From contig CAYGTS010000001.1 in NCBI GenBank assembly GCA_964352905.1, positions 1 to 50,165 of the forward strand: a DNA stretch of 50,165 nt. Direction: 5' to 3'. Shown in pieces: positions 34,842 through 44,520 of the stretch. The translations under genes were made by a program, and so were the position numbers. The stretch's first letter is position 1. Each line of letters starts with the position of its first letter. The stretch is from an uncultured Legionellales bacterium (GTDB lineage: Bacteria > Pseudomonadota > Gammaproteobacteria > JAHCLG01). The notes under the pieces are model-generated. The model worked only from the letters and a program-made list of their open reading frames with translations. It did no database searches and was not told the origin of the DNA.

Positions 34842-36116
34842 TTATGCTATTTCTTTTAGCTCATCTTTTATATTCATAATAGGCTCTGCCATAGTTAATA
34901 TTTGGATAGGCTGATCAAAACAAGTTGATAAAGTACGCCCTTTTCTTTGTACTGCAATTCGATGTGTTTTCTCCCATAATGTCATGGGATCGGTATAAAA
35001 CGCGCTTTCCGCCTTTGTTTTTCTTTTTTCAAAAAGCGCAAAAGAAAGATCAAAACTACCATCTCCTAGCAGTAAGTCGTTAATTTGAAGTGTAATTTTA
35101 TTCATTCCTTTTTTTAGTATGCCTACATTCATATATTCAGGTTCATGGCTTAACCAACTTGTAACCAATAAACCATCCGTTCTAGTAAATTTTATCCAAA
35201 TAGCCGGATTATCCAACTCACATTCTGCATCAATAGCCATATCAATGATGATTTTATCATGTTGGAAAAAACCATTAGTTACTTTCCCATCCTTATTTTT
35301 AATTATTACTTCTCTGATATAGGCTGGTCCTGAATTGGCTATTGTTCCCTTTTCTTGCTGTTGTTCAATATGCTGTGATGAGATTTCAAGCATATCAATA
35401 TCATAACGCGTACTAACTGTATCAGCATCACCATCATAAAGAATTGCACCATCTTTAAAATAAATACAGCGATTACAAAGCCTTCTCACTAATTCAGTAC
35501 TATGTGTAACAAAAAAAACTGTGGCACCTGATTTACAAATTTCTGTAATTTTCTTAAAGCATTTTGCCACAAATACTGCATCGCCAGCAGCCAAAGCCTC
35601 ATCAACAATAAAAATATCAGGGTTAACGCTAATTGCGACACTAAAGGTAAGTCGTGCCTTCATCCCGCTTGAATAGGTTTTAAATGGTTGATCTATCACG
35701 TGACGTAAATCGCTAAATTCAATAATTTCATCAATTTTTGATTCAACTTCACTACGATTCATACCTAAGCACATACCACCTAGATAAATATTTTCACGAC
35801 CACTATATTCAGGATGAAAACCAGTACCTAACTCCAAGATTGCTGATATATTGCCATTAATCTTGATATTGCCAGATGTTGCATTTAAGGTCCCTGCTAA
35901 AATTTTCAAGAGGGTACTTTTACCCGCACCATTACGACCAATAACACCAACAACTTCGCCTTTGTTTACAGAAAAACTAACCTTTTTCAAGGCCTGAAAT
36001 TCACGGTGGTAACTTCTTCGAGTTATGATAGCCTTGAGAAGATCAGACGGTTTATCGTAAATTTTAAATGTTTTTGATAACTCTCTAACTTCGATGACAA
36101 TATTATCTTTTAGCAT
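34842..36116 (-). CDS. wzt: Polysaccharide ABC exporter ATP-binding protein with a C-terminal extension
   Basis: It has Walker A GRNGAGKST, the signature YSSGMKARL and Walker B IFIVDEALA. About 170 aa extend beyond the NBD, as in Wzt proteins that carry a glycan-cap-binding domain. Confidence 0.9.
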   Translation of the reverse strand: MLKDNIVIEVRELSKTFKIYDKPSDLLKAIITRRSYHREFQALKKVSFSVNKGEVVGVIGRNGAGKSTLLKILAGTLNATSGNIKINGNISAILELGTGFHPEYSGRENIYLGGMCLGMNRSEVESKIDEIIEFSDLRHVIDQPFKTYSSGMKARLTFSVAISVNPDIFIVDEALAAGDAVFVAKCFKKITEICKSGATVFFVTHSTELVRRLCNRCIYFKDGAILYDGDADTVSTRYDIDMLEISSQHIEQQQEKGTIANSGPAYIREVIIKNKDGKVTNGFFQHDKIIIDMAIDAECELDNPAIWIKFTRTDGLLVTSWLSHEPEYMNVGILKKGMNKITLQINDLLLGDGSFDLSFALFEKRKTKAESAFYTDPMTLWEKTHRIAVQRKGRTLSTCFDQPIQILTMAEPIMNIKDELKEIA

Positions 36117-36342
36117 ATTTAAAAACCTCTATTTTTCTATGCAGCATAACTCCGTTCATGGAGTTTTGTTTTCATCTGCTACTCAACGATATTAACAAGT
36201 TGGAATCAGTTTTTTAATAAAATTATTTCTTTTAAAAACAATGCGTTATATGCGAAATTATTTTTAACGTATTGTACATGAAATTATTAACCACCTCAAT
36301 CTATAGCCATCGGTGATCAAGGTGGTGCGCAGCTGTAGAAAG

Positions 36343-37848
36343 TTAGTACATTGCTAACATTTGCTTATAAGCCAATATGTGTTTAGCCAAGATAACTTCC
36401 GATGAGTGGTAATCTTTAGACCAAATTATTGATTTATCACCAATTTTTTTAGTATCCTCAGGATCGTTGATGACCATCAGCATGCGCTGTGCTATCTCGC
36501 TTATGGATTTTGCCTCTAACGCTGGCGGCGCTTCTCCAAAAAAATCTGCTTGTACCGCTTTATCTAAATGTGTGATCAATCGTACACCTAATGCTAGCGT
36601 TTCAAAACTCACGCCGCCCATGGCAGGAATGATAAATTGGTCAATAACGGCCGAAGACGCTACTATTGCTTGCCATAAGTCCCTCTTGTTGAGCTCGCTA
36701 GACCATACTATAAATTTTTCTATTTGAAGATTTTTAATGAGCTCTTTACTCTTTGCAAGATCATCACCCCACGTTATCATTTTGACTTGGAAATTTTGAT
36801 ATTGTTTAGCAACTAAACTTATTGCATGGATTAATTGATCATTGCCTTTAATTGCCCAACTGTGACGCGCAGGAGCAAAAAAAATAATTTTATCTGCTCG
36901 TGCTGTCTGTTTTCCTTGATATTGTTTTAAAAAATTTAAGCATTTCTCGCTATCAAAAGCATGCGGAATCTTGATAATTTTATCTTCTGCAATGTTTAAT
37001 CTTTTAGCTGATTTCACATTATCTGTGTTTGTAATAAAAACCATGGAGGCATTCTGGTAAGTTGCCTTACATATTCTTCCTTGAGGATCATTTTTAAATG
37101 GTATGTCTCGTATTGTACCGTGCTCGTATGCTGCATAAGGAAATCCGCTTAAGAATGGATAAACCCCATCTAACGCATAGGCTTGTATTACATCATAATA
37201 ACTAAAAACTTTTTGCGCTAGTCGAATTAAATCAGCAGCGATATAAGAAGCATCCTGATGCAGACCTATATTTTCTTCCTGATGGTTTTCAATTATAAAT
37301 AATTTTTTTCTTTTTAATTTTAACCTCAATGGGTTAGATAAAGCTTTTTTAAAAAAATACGTTCCTTTAATAATAAAATTGAGGATTCTCGACTTTATAT
37401 TTTTATTCTGTAATAAATTCAGCTGAAGGTAATTTAAAAATTGGTAAATTTTTAGTTTAATTTTTTTATTTCTAGCCCTTGATAACAATATGTTTAAGGC
37501 TACCGTCATTCGTCCTTGGATAAACCATTCTGGTCGTTTAAAACCATTTAAATCGACATTATGCCAATCTGGATAAAAAGGATCTTTTATTTTACCTTTA
37601 AAATCAGCATCTTCCCACTCTGGTGTTCCCATAATATGATAATAATTGGCACATAGCACATCGGCTTCAATGCCGTTACGACGCATTATTTTAGCGTTGA
37701 TATAGGCATTGTTTGCTATATTCCCAATATGTAATACACGTAACGGCCTACCTTTTGCGTGTTCAAATTGTTTTAGCCAAGCCTGCATTGCTTGGCTATC
37801 CATTACTTCAGGTTTCTTTTCTCTAATTGACGGTTGAATTATATCCAT
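36343..37848 (-). CDS. Atypical GT-B-like putative glycosyltransferase, family member 5 (most divergent)
   Basis: The 501-aa ORF shows RVLHIGNIANNAY, FFAPARHSWAIKGND and AVIDQFIIPAMGGVSFETLALGV. These align with the shared motifs of the other four members. Confidence 0.45.
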   Translation of the reverse strand: MDIIQPSIREKKPEVMDSQAMQAWLKQFEHAKGRPLRVLHIGNIANNAYINAKIMRRNGIEADVLCANYYHIMGTPEWEDADFKGKIKDPFYPDWHNVDLNGFKRPEWFIQGRMTVALNILLSRARNKKIKLKIYQFLNYLQLNLLQNKNIKSRILNFIIKGTYFFKKALSNPLRLKLKRKKLFIIENHQEENIGLHQDASYIAADLIRLAQKVFSYYDVIQAYALDGVYPFLSGFPYAAYEHGTIRDIPFKNDPQGRICKATYQNASMVFITNTDNVKSAKRLNIAEDKIIKIPHAFDSEKCLNFLKQYQGKQTARADKIIFFAPARHSWAIKGNDQLIHAISLVAKQYQNFQVKMITWGDDLAKSKELIKNLQIEKFIVWSSELNKRDLWQAIVASSAVIDQFIIPAMGGVSFETLALGVRLITHLDKAVQADFFGEAPPALEAKSISEIAQRMLMVINDPEDTKKIGDKSIIWSKDYHSSEVILAKHILAYKQMLAMY

Positions 37849-37854
37849 ATGAAA

Positions 37855-38745
37855 TCAGCTTGCTGAAAGAGTTGTTAATTGTGATGTAATTTCTTTGATC
37901 GCATTCCGATAATTTTTAAAGCACATTGAGGGATATAATTTTTTAAGCCTGGATAAGTTTGGCGTAAAATCTATAGCTTTTATTTCTTGCGTTTTCCTTT
38001 CGATTGCTAACTTTATTCCCGTAATTCTACTTACTTCTTGCGCTAAATCTAAAATGGTTGTTTGTTCAGGACTGGCTAAATTGAGCGTGCCTGTCCAGTT
38101 CTGCGTGATGGCTTTCTCTAAAAGCACTGAGATATCTTGTATATGAGTTGGGTTAAACTTTAATCCTCCTTTATCCCCCTGGATAATAATGGGCTGACGG
38201 TTAATAACTTTTTGAATAATACTCGAAATTAAATGTTTACCGGTTTTATCATCATAAAGAAAATATAATCTGGGAATAAAAATATTGAATGAATCTTGGT
38301 AAGGTTTCAATATTAATTCACCCGCTGCTTTCGAGACAGGATATAGTGAAGTTGCTGTAATGGGTGCTGATTCATCAAAAGGTGTTAGTGCAAATGGCTC
38401 ATAAACACTGCCTGTTGAGGCAAAAATAAAATTTTTTGCTTTGGCTTTTAAAGCATATTGAGCTAATTGCTGCGTCATATAACAGTTAATAGCAAACGTA
38501 TCATCTGCACCATCTGGAAAACGATGGTAGTTATTGGATTGCGCAAGATGAACCACCGCATCAATTTTGCTCGGTAATTTTTTATAATCTAAACGATCAG
38601 CAAGGTCTTGCTCAATATACTTTATGTTTTTTGACTTTACTTTATCCGCATTTCTCACCAATGCTAAAACTTCTTTTTTTTGTGCCATAGTTTTAATAAA
38701 GTTTTCACCTAAAAATCCTGTTACGCCTGTAATTAATATTGCCAT
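37855..38745 (-). CDS. NAD(P)-dependent sugar epimerase/reductase (extended SDR)
   Basis: It has the Rossmann motif GVTGFLG and the catalytic YPVSK (YxxxK). Confidence 0.8.
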   Translation of the reverse strand: MAILITGVTGFLGENFIKTMAQKKEVLALVRNADKVKSKNIKYIEQDLADRLDYKKLPSKIDAVVHLAQSNNYHRFPDGADDTFAINCYMTQQLAQYALKAKAKNFIFASTGSVYEPFALTPFDESAPITATSLYPVSKAAGELILKPYQDSFNIFIPRLYFLYDDKTGKHLISSIIQKVINRQPIIIQGDKGGLKFNPTHIQDISVLLEKAITQNWTGTLNLASPEQTTILDLAQEVSRITGIKLAIERKTQEIKAIDFTPNLSRLKKLYPSMCFKNYRNAIKEITSQLTTLSAS

Positions 38746-38752
38746 ATCATGA

Positions 38753-40600
38753 TTACCTTAAATTATCTTGACACCAGTAGTATGCTGAAAATAAAGACCA
38801 AATTAACAAACGATTATTTTTTACTCCGTCGAAATGATTTTGTAAAATATTTTTTGCCTCTGAAAAATCAATGAAATTATAAATCTCAGCATTTTTATCA
38901 AGTAATTTTTTTTCAACAAATTTTCGACTCTCATGCCTAAACCAGCTTTCATCAGGTGCTGAAAATCCTTGTTTAATTTGTGATGTTACTTTTTCTGGAA
39001 TATAATTTTTCATCACTGTCCTTAAAATCATTTTGCCATCTTTTGTTCTTTGCAAAAATTCGCTATTGCCAAATTTTACCACTTTATCTAAATTGCCTAA
39101 TTTGTATCGTGCAGGGATCTGCATGGCAAAATCAACTAAATCATTATCTAAAAAAGGCACTCTAGTTTCTAAACTGTGCGCCATTGATAGTTTATCTTCC
39201 ATTACTAGCAAACCATGCAAAAATGTTTTGGCTTCAAAATATAAACTATGGTTCACATAATCTTCAGGGCGGTTACCTTTTTGCAAATGCGCTGGAAATA
39301 TATTCCTAAAAATTTCTTTGGGCTGGGTGGATTTTATATCATTCCAGCAGGGCTTAAAAAAATGACTTGCGGCATCATCAGATACTAAACGCGACCAATA
39401 GCTGTAATATTGATCAATATAATCATTTAAACCATTGTTAACGACAGCTCGGTAATAACGCCAAGGATATCCTGCAAAAAGTTCATCACCACCGGTACCG
39501 GCAAGCACAACTTTACCAAAACGGCTTGCTAATTTTGCCATATAGTAGTTTGGATAACTTTGTCCTACCCGAGGTTCTTCTAGGGCATTGCTAACCTTTG
39601 CTAAAATACGCTCCATATCATAAGACTTTAAGACCATTTCATAATGTTCGGTTGCAAACTCATAAGACATTATTTCTGCAAGTGCGCGTTCATCAAAATG
39701 TTTTTCTTGCTCAGTAGCTGAATGCAAATCAAATCCACACGTAAATGATTTCATATGCGGTATTTGTGAAGCTGCGATAGCTGTTATTGATCCTGAGTCC
39801 ATACCGCCAGAAAGATAAGAACCAATTTCTACGTCGCTGACTAACTGCCGATTAACGGCTTGTCTAAATAAAAAATCCAGTTGTTCCTGTGTTTCTTCTA
39901 AACTGAATGCCTGATCAGGCTCTTGGAAATTAAAATCCCAATATTTTTTTATTTCAATACTTGCATTTTTAGCGACAAGCACACTGCCTGCTGGCAAAAG
40001 TTTAACACCCTCAAAAAAACTCTGATCGGATATAATATTTTGAAAGGTAAAATATTCTCTCAAGGCTAATAAATTTAGGTTGGTTTTAAAAGTTGGATGA
40101 CGCTGCAGCGCCCGAATTTCTGAGCCAAATAATAGTACGTTATTAGCTTGGTAATAATAAAGCGGCTTAATACCATAACGATCACGCGCAAGCGTTAAGG
40201 CTTGTTCTTTTTTATCCCAAATCGCAAAGGCAAATAATCCATTGAAACGATTTAAGGCATCTAAGCCCCACTCTGCATACGCATTTAATACGACTTCTGT
40301 ATCGGTGCGTGAATGAAAATGATAGCCAAGAGCTTCTAATTCTATTCTGAGTTCTTGAAAGTTATAGACTTCACCATTGTAACAAACGATAAAACGCCCA
40401 TCGCGCGAAGCCATTGGTTGATGACCTGCTGCTGATAAGTCAATGATGGCTAAACGCCTATGCCCAAAAGCAATTTGTTTATCACACCAAATGCCTTCTG
40501 CATCAGGACCACGGTGCAAAATCGCATCAGCCATTGATTGAACAACTTTACTCGATGCGGGTTTACCATCTAAATGGAAAATACCTGTGATTCCACACAT
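38753..40600 (-). CDS. Asparagine synthase (glutamine-hydrolysing) family amidotransferase, paralogue 3
   Basis: It has MCGITG, HRGPDAEG, RRLAIIDLS and the PP-loop YLSGGMDSG. Confidence 0.85.
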   Translation of the reverse strand: MCGITGIFHLDGKPASSKVVQSMADAILHRGPDAEGIWCDKQIAFGHRRLAIIDLSAAGHQPMASRDGRFIVCYNGEVYNFQELRIELEALGYHFHSRTDTEVVLNAYAEWGLDALNRFNGLFAFAIWDKKEQALTLARDRYGIKPLYYYQANNVLLFGSEIRALQRHPTFKTNLNLLALREYFTFQNIISDQSFFEGVKLLPAGSVLVAKNASIEIKKYWDFNFQEPDQAFSLEETQEQLDFLFRQAVNRQLVSDVEIGSYLSGGMDSGSITAIAASQIPHMKSFTCGFDLHSATEQEKHFDERALAEIMSYEFATEHYEMVLKSYDMERILAKVSNALEEPRVGQSYPNYYMAKLASRFGKVVLAGTGGDELFAGYPWRYYRAVVNNGLNDYIDQYYSYWSRLVSDDAASHFFKPCWNDIKSTQPKEIFRNIFPAHLQKGNRPEDYVNHSLYFEAKTFLHGLLVMEDKLSMAHSLETRVPFLDNDLVDFAMQIPARYKLGNLDKVVKFGNSEFLQRTKDGKMILRTVMKNYIPEKVTSQIKQGFSAPDESWFRHESRKFVEKKLLDKNAEIYNFIDFSEAKNILQNHFDGVKNNRLLIWSLFSAYYWCQDNLR

Positions 40601-40630
40601 TGTTTAAGCTCATCATTTTGTTGAGAGTGC

Positions 40631-40658
40631 GTCAACTGAGTAAGATGGCTCAGTTGAC
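40631..40658 (-). other. Perfect 10-bp stem hairpin (gtcaactgag / ctcagttgac, 8-nt loop) between two operon genes
   Basis: Read directly from the sequence. It lies 13 nt downstream of the SDR stop codon. No U-tract follows, so it is not a canonical terminator. Confidence 0.6.
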
Positions 40659-40670
40659 TTTGCATTGTCA

Positions 40671-41660
40671 TTAAGCTGCAACTTCGCGGCGAGCATCCAC
40701 TTCTGCTTTATGCGCATTACGCCAAGCAATTAAATGTTGCATGCCTTCACGAAGCGGCATTTCAGCTGTAAAGCCAATTTCTTGTTGGGCTTTTTTCGGA
40801 CAACCGATCCGGTTTTTTACGAAAGTTAAACCTTGTGGCAAATATTCCAAGCCAACGTTAGACTGGGTTAACTCTAACACTAACTCAGCCAATTGCTTGA
40901 TTGATGTTCTAACGCCCGTTCCAACATTATAAAATTGTCCCGCAATATCTGCTTTCATGGCACAAACATTGGCTTTAGCACAATCACCAACATAAACAAA
41001 ATCGTAGGCTTGGCTGCCATCACCGTATAATTTAGGGCTTTCGCCTTTATCAATGGCATCTAACATCTTCATCATAACGGCGATATAAGCGCCTTTGTAA
41101 TCTTGGCGTGGCCCATAAACATTCATGTAGCGTAAACCAACTGCCGGTAAACCATAACGATGGTAGTATGCTGTTAACATTGCTTCGCCCGCAATTTTGG
41201 TGGCACCGTAAAAATTCGTGTTATTAAACGGATGGCTTTCGGTCATCGGCTCTCCAACCGCATCACCGTAAACAGACGCTGAAGAAGAGTAGACTAATCT
41301 TTTAACGCCATTGGCAACACAGGCTTCTAAGACATTAAAGGTACCTTCGATATTCACTTGGAAAGCAGCTCTTGGAAATTCATGACACTGTAAAAGCCAT
41401 AAAGCAGCAAAGTGGAACACGCCATCGACGCCTTTCAGCGCAGAGCTTAATAAATCTGAGCGACAAATATCACCACCGATATCATAAATTTTTACACGAG
41501 GATCTTTTAACGCAACGCTTAAATTTTCACGACGCCCACGCACAAAGTTATCGTAAATGATAATTTCAGCGACATCTTCTTTCACTAATTCTTCAACGGT
41601 GTGCGAACCAATTAAACCACCGCCACCGATGACCACAAATTTTTTTCCGCGTATATCCAA
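40671..41660 (-). CDS. NAD-dependent nucleotide-sugar epimerase/dehydratase (extended SDR)
   Basis: It has VIGGGGLIGSH and the catalytic YGATK. The start is a TTG, supported by an AGGAG 8 nt upstream, and there is no in-frame ATG nearby. Confidence 0.8.
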   Translation of the reverse strand: MDIRGKKFVVIGGGGLIGSHTVEELVKEDVAEIIIYDNFVRGRRENLSVALKDPRVKIYDIGGDICRSDLLSSALKGVDGVFHFAALWLLQCHEFPRAAFQVNIEGTFNVLEACVANGVKRLVYSSSASVYGDAVGEPMTESHPFNNTNFYGATKIAGEAMLTAYYHRYGLPAVGLRYMNVYGPRQDYKGAYIAVMMKMLDAIDKGESPKLYGDGSQAYDFVYVGDCAKANVCAMKADIAGQFYNVGTGVRTSIKQLAELVLELTQSNVGLEYLPQGLTFVKNRIGCPKKAQQEIGFTAEMPLREGMQHLIAWRNAHKAEVDARREVAA

Positions 41661-41737
41661 AATATTACTCCTAAGTTTAATATCATTCTACATTGTATGA
41701 AAAACCAAAGTTTATCGTATTGGTACTTAATAGCAAG

Positions 41738-42853
41738 TTATGCCATTTCTAACGTTGCCTCCAAGCATTCTCTAACAGTTTCAACGACTTTACTCATTTC
41801 ATGCGATTCTAAATAAGGATGCATTGGCAAACTCATCACTTTTTTAGCGGCTTTTTCAGCATGTGGAAAGCTACCAATGCCTTGATTTAAATAGGCAAAT
41901 GCTGGCTGTAAATGCAATGGTACTGGATAATGAATTGCTGTGGGAATATTGTGTTTTGCAAGGTTGTCACGCAATTCATCACGATTATTCACGGCAATCG
42001 TATATTGCGCGAATACCGAAAGATTATCTTTATCGACAAACGGACAAGTCACTTCCTCTATTTCGGCAAACAGTTGATTATAGGTTGCCGCAACTTTGTT
42101 ACGTAACACCACTTCTTGTGGAAATATTTTAAATTTTTCGAGTAAGATAGCCGCTTGCAATGTATCTAAACGACCATTCACACCAATGCGTGGGTGATGA
42201 TAACGTTTATCTTGTCCATGCACGCGAATTTGTCGCATGGCGGTGGCCAGACTATCATCGTTGGTAAAGCAGGCACCACCATCACCATAACAGCCAAAGG
42301 GTTTGGCTGGAAAAAAGCTGGTGGTAGCAATGGTTGATAAATTGCATGATTTTTTGCCTTTGTATTCTGCGCCAAAGCTTTGCGCGGCATCTTCAATCAC
42401 AGCTAGATTATGTTTTGCGGCAATACTGTTGATTGCTTCCATATCGGCGCATTGCCCATAAAGACTCACTGGAATGATAGCTTTGGTTTTAGGTGTGATG
42501 GCTTGTTCGATTTGATTGGGATCAATATTGTAAGTTTTTGGATCAATATCCACAAAAACCGGTTTTGCACCCATTAATACAATCATTTCACCGGTTGATA
42601 TAAACGTAAACGGTGTAGTAATAATTTCATCACCGGGTTTAATATCCAATGCCATCATCGCGATTTGTAATGCATCAGTACCGTTGGCAACACCGATACA
42701 ATGTTTGGCACCTGTGTAGTGCGCAAGTTTGTTTTCAAGTTCACCCACTTCTGGCCCCATGATAAAAGCACCATGATCGAGCACTGCTTGAATTGCACTA
42801 TTAATTTCGTTACGAATTAATTGATATTGCTTATTTAAATCACAAAATTGCAT
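41738..42853 (-). CDS. wbpE: DegT/DnrJ/EryC1-family PLP aminotransferase (WbpE/WlbC-like, UDP-3-keto-GlcNAcA aminotransferase)
   Basis: The 371-aa ORF has SFFPAKPFGCYGDGGA carrying the Schiff-base Lys. It lies next to wbpD and wbpB homologues. Confidence 0.8.
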   Translation of the reverse strand: MQFCDLNKQYQLIRNEINSAIQAVLDHGAFIMGPEVGELENKLAHYTGAKHCIGVANGTDALQIAMMALDIKPGDEIITTPFTFISTGEMIVLMGAKPVFVDIDPKTYNIDPNQIEQAITPKTKAIIPVSLYGQCADMEAINSIAAKHNLAVIEDAAQSFGAEYKGKKSCNLSTIATTSFFPAKPFGCYGDGGACFTNDDSLATAMRQIRVHGQDKRYHHPRIGVNGRLDTLQAAILLEKFKIFPQEVVLRNKVAATYNQLFAEIEEVTCPFVDKDNLSVFAQYTIAVNNRDELRDNLAKHNIPTAIHYPVPLHLQPAFAYLNQGIGSFPHAEKAAKKVMSLPMHPYLESHEMSKVVETVRECLEATLEMA

Positions 42854-42874
42854 TGTATTGATCCTTTCAGTTGT

Positions 42875-43465
42875 TTAATCAGAAATGACTGAACATTTAC
42901 CTTTTTCAACGCGATAAAGCATGCCACTATGTGGGCAACGACATTCGCCAACGCCCGTTAGCGGTAAATCAAGTCTTTCACCATATTGGCTCATCCAGCC
43001 TATTTGCTTAGCAGGATTGCCAACAACTAACGCATAAGAAGGCACATCACGATTCACCACCGCACCAGCACCCACAAAAGCATATTCACCAATGCTGATC
43101 CCACAAATGACGGTGCAATTCGCGCCTAAGGTTGCGCCTTTTTTCACAAAGGTATCGCGATATTCAGTCTTGCGATTCACGGCTGAACGTGGGTTGTAAA
43201 CATTGGTAAAAACCATGGATGGGCCGCAGAAAACATCATCTTCTAGTGTGACATTATCATAAACAGAAACGTTGTTTTGAATTTTAACATTGTTGCCAAT
43301 CGTGACATTGTTGCCTACAAAAACATTTTGCCCAAGCGAACATTGCTCACCAATACTGGCGCCACCGCAAATGTGGGCCCAGTGCCAAATACGTGAATCT
43401 TTGCCAATCACAGCGCCATTATCAATAATGGCAGTAGGGTGAACTTGATAGTGTATCGTTTGCAT
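42875..43465 (-). CDS. wbpD: Left-handed beta-helix N-acetyltransferase (WbpD/WlbB-like)
   Basis: The 196-aa ORF has consecutive hexapeptide repeats ([29 protein letters not shown]), with WbpD-like length and context. Confidence 0.8.
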   Translation of the reverse strand: MQTIHYQVHPTAIIDNGAVIGKDSRIWHWAHICGGASIGEQCSLGQNVFVGNNVTIGNNVKIQNNVSVYDNVTLEDDVFCGPSMVFTNVYNPRSAVNRKTEYRDTFVKKGATLGANCTVICGISIGEYAFVGAGAVVNRDVPSYALVVGNPAKQIGWMSQYGERLDLPLTGVGECRCPHSGMLYRVEKGKCSVISD

Positions 43466-43466
43466 A

Positions 43467-44510
43467 TTATAACTCTAAGGGTAAAGATATGGTTTTATTG
43501 TCACGCGCAGAACGATAGGCTGCAATAATCACTGCAAGTGATTTTAAGCCTTCATAACCATCAGTTTCAGCGCGTGCTTTGCCACGCAATGCATCAACGA
43601 CATTTTGGTAATACCAAACGTGTCCCTGCGTTACATTACTTTGTGTCTGCTCGGTAATGGCTTGTATTTGTTGGTCTTCAGGTTGCGGATCCGCAAATTG
43701 CCAGTGCTGAATTTCATTGACCGCAACTCCACCAATTTTAACCGTACCTTTCTCACCAATAATCGTTAATGAGGCTTCATAATTTTTAGGATAGGTTAAC
43801 ATGCTTACATTCATGGTGCCGAGTGCACCATGGCGCCAACGCAAAACAAGTGCCGCAGAATCTTCTGCTTCCATTTTACGTGCTTGGGTTGCAGCAAAAG
43901 CATGAACATCTTCAATAGGCCCTATCAACCAGTGTAATAAATCAACGTAATGGCTGGCTTGATTCATTAACGCACCACCATCAAAATCCCAAGTACCGCG
44001 CCAAGGCGACTTGTCGTAATAGTCTTGTGGGCGTGTCCAAAACACATTGAGATTAACATTGAAAATCTTGCCAAATCGGCCTGTTGTAATGGCTTTTTTC
44101 AGTAATTGCAGTGTGGGATGGCCGCGATTTTGTTTTACAACAAATAATTTTACATTCGCTTCATTACACGCATTCACCATTTCTACTGCATGCTGCCACT
44201 TGGTCGCCATGGGTTTTTCACAAACAACATGTTTGCCATGACTTGCAATGAGTTTGGTTTGTTGCGCATGTAAACCACTGGGTGTGCAAAGTGTGACAAT
44301 ATCAATATTTGCTTCTGTTAACATGCTACGCAAACAAGCATAACCATCAACGCCATGTTCTTGCATTGCATTTTCAAGCACGGCATTGTTGGTATCACAA
44401 ATGGCAACCAGTTCAAAATCTTGGTTGAGTTGTTTAAGTGCTGCAATGTGTTTTTGCGCTATGTGGCCATAACCTAAGATGGCAACGCGTAATTTTTGAT
44501 CATTTGTCAT
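43467..44510 (-). CDS. wbpB: Gfo/Idh/MocA oxidoreductase (WbpB/WlbA-like, UDP-GlcNAcA 3-dehydrogenase)
   Basis: It has the Rossmann motif [14 protein letters not shown] and the EKP motif VVCEKPMA. It lies between wbpA and wbpD homologues. Confidence 0.8.
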   Translation of the reverse strand: MTNDQKLRVAILGYGHIAQKHIAALKQLNQDFELVAICDTNNAVLENAMQEHGVDGYACLRSMLTEANIDIVTLCTPSGLHAQQTKLIASHGKHVVCEKPMATKWQHAVEMVNACNEANVKLFVVKQNRGHPTLQLLKKAITTGRFGKIFNVNLNVFWTRPQDYYDKSPWRGTWDFDGGALMNQASHYVDLLHWLIGPIEDVHAFAATQARKMEAEDSAALVLRWRHGALGTMNVSMLTYPKNYEASLTIIGEKGTVKIGGVAVNEIQHWQFADPQPEDQQIQAITEQTQSNVTQGHVWYYQNVVDALRGKARAETDGYEGLKSLAVIIAAYRSARDNKTISLPLEL

Positions 44511-44520
44511 TTAAGAATTC

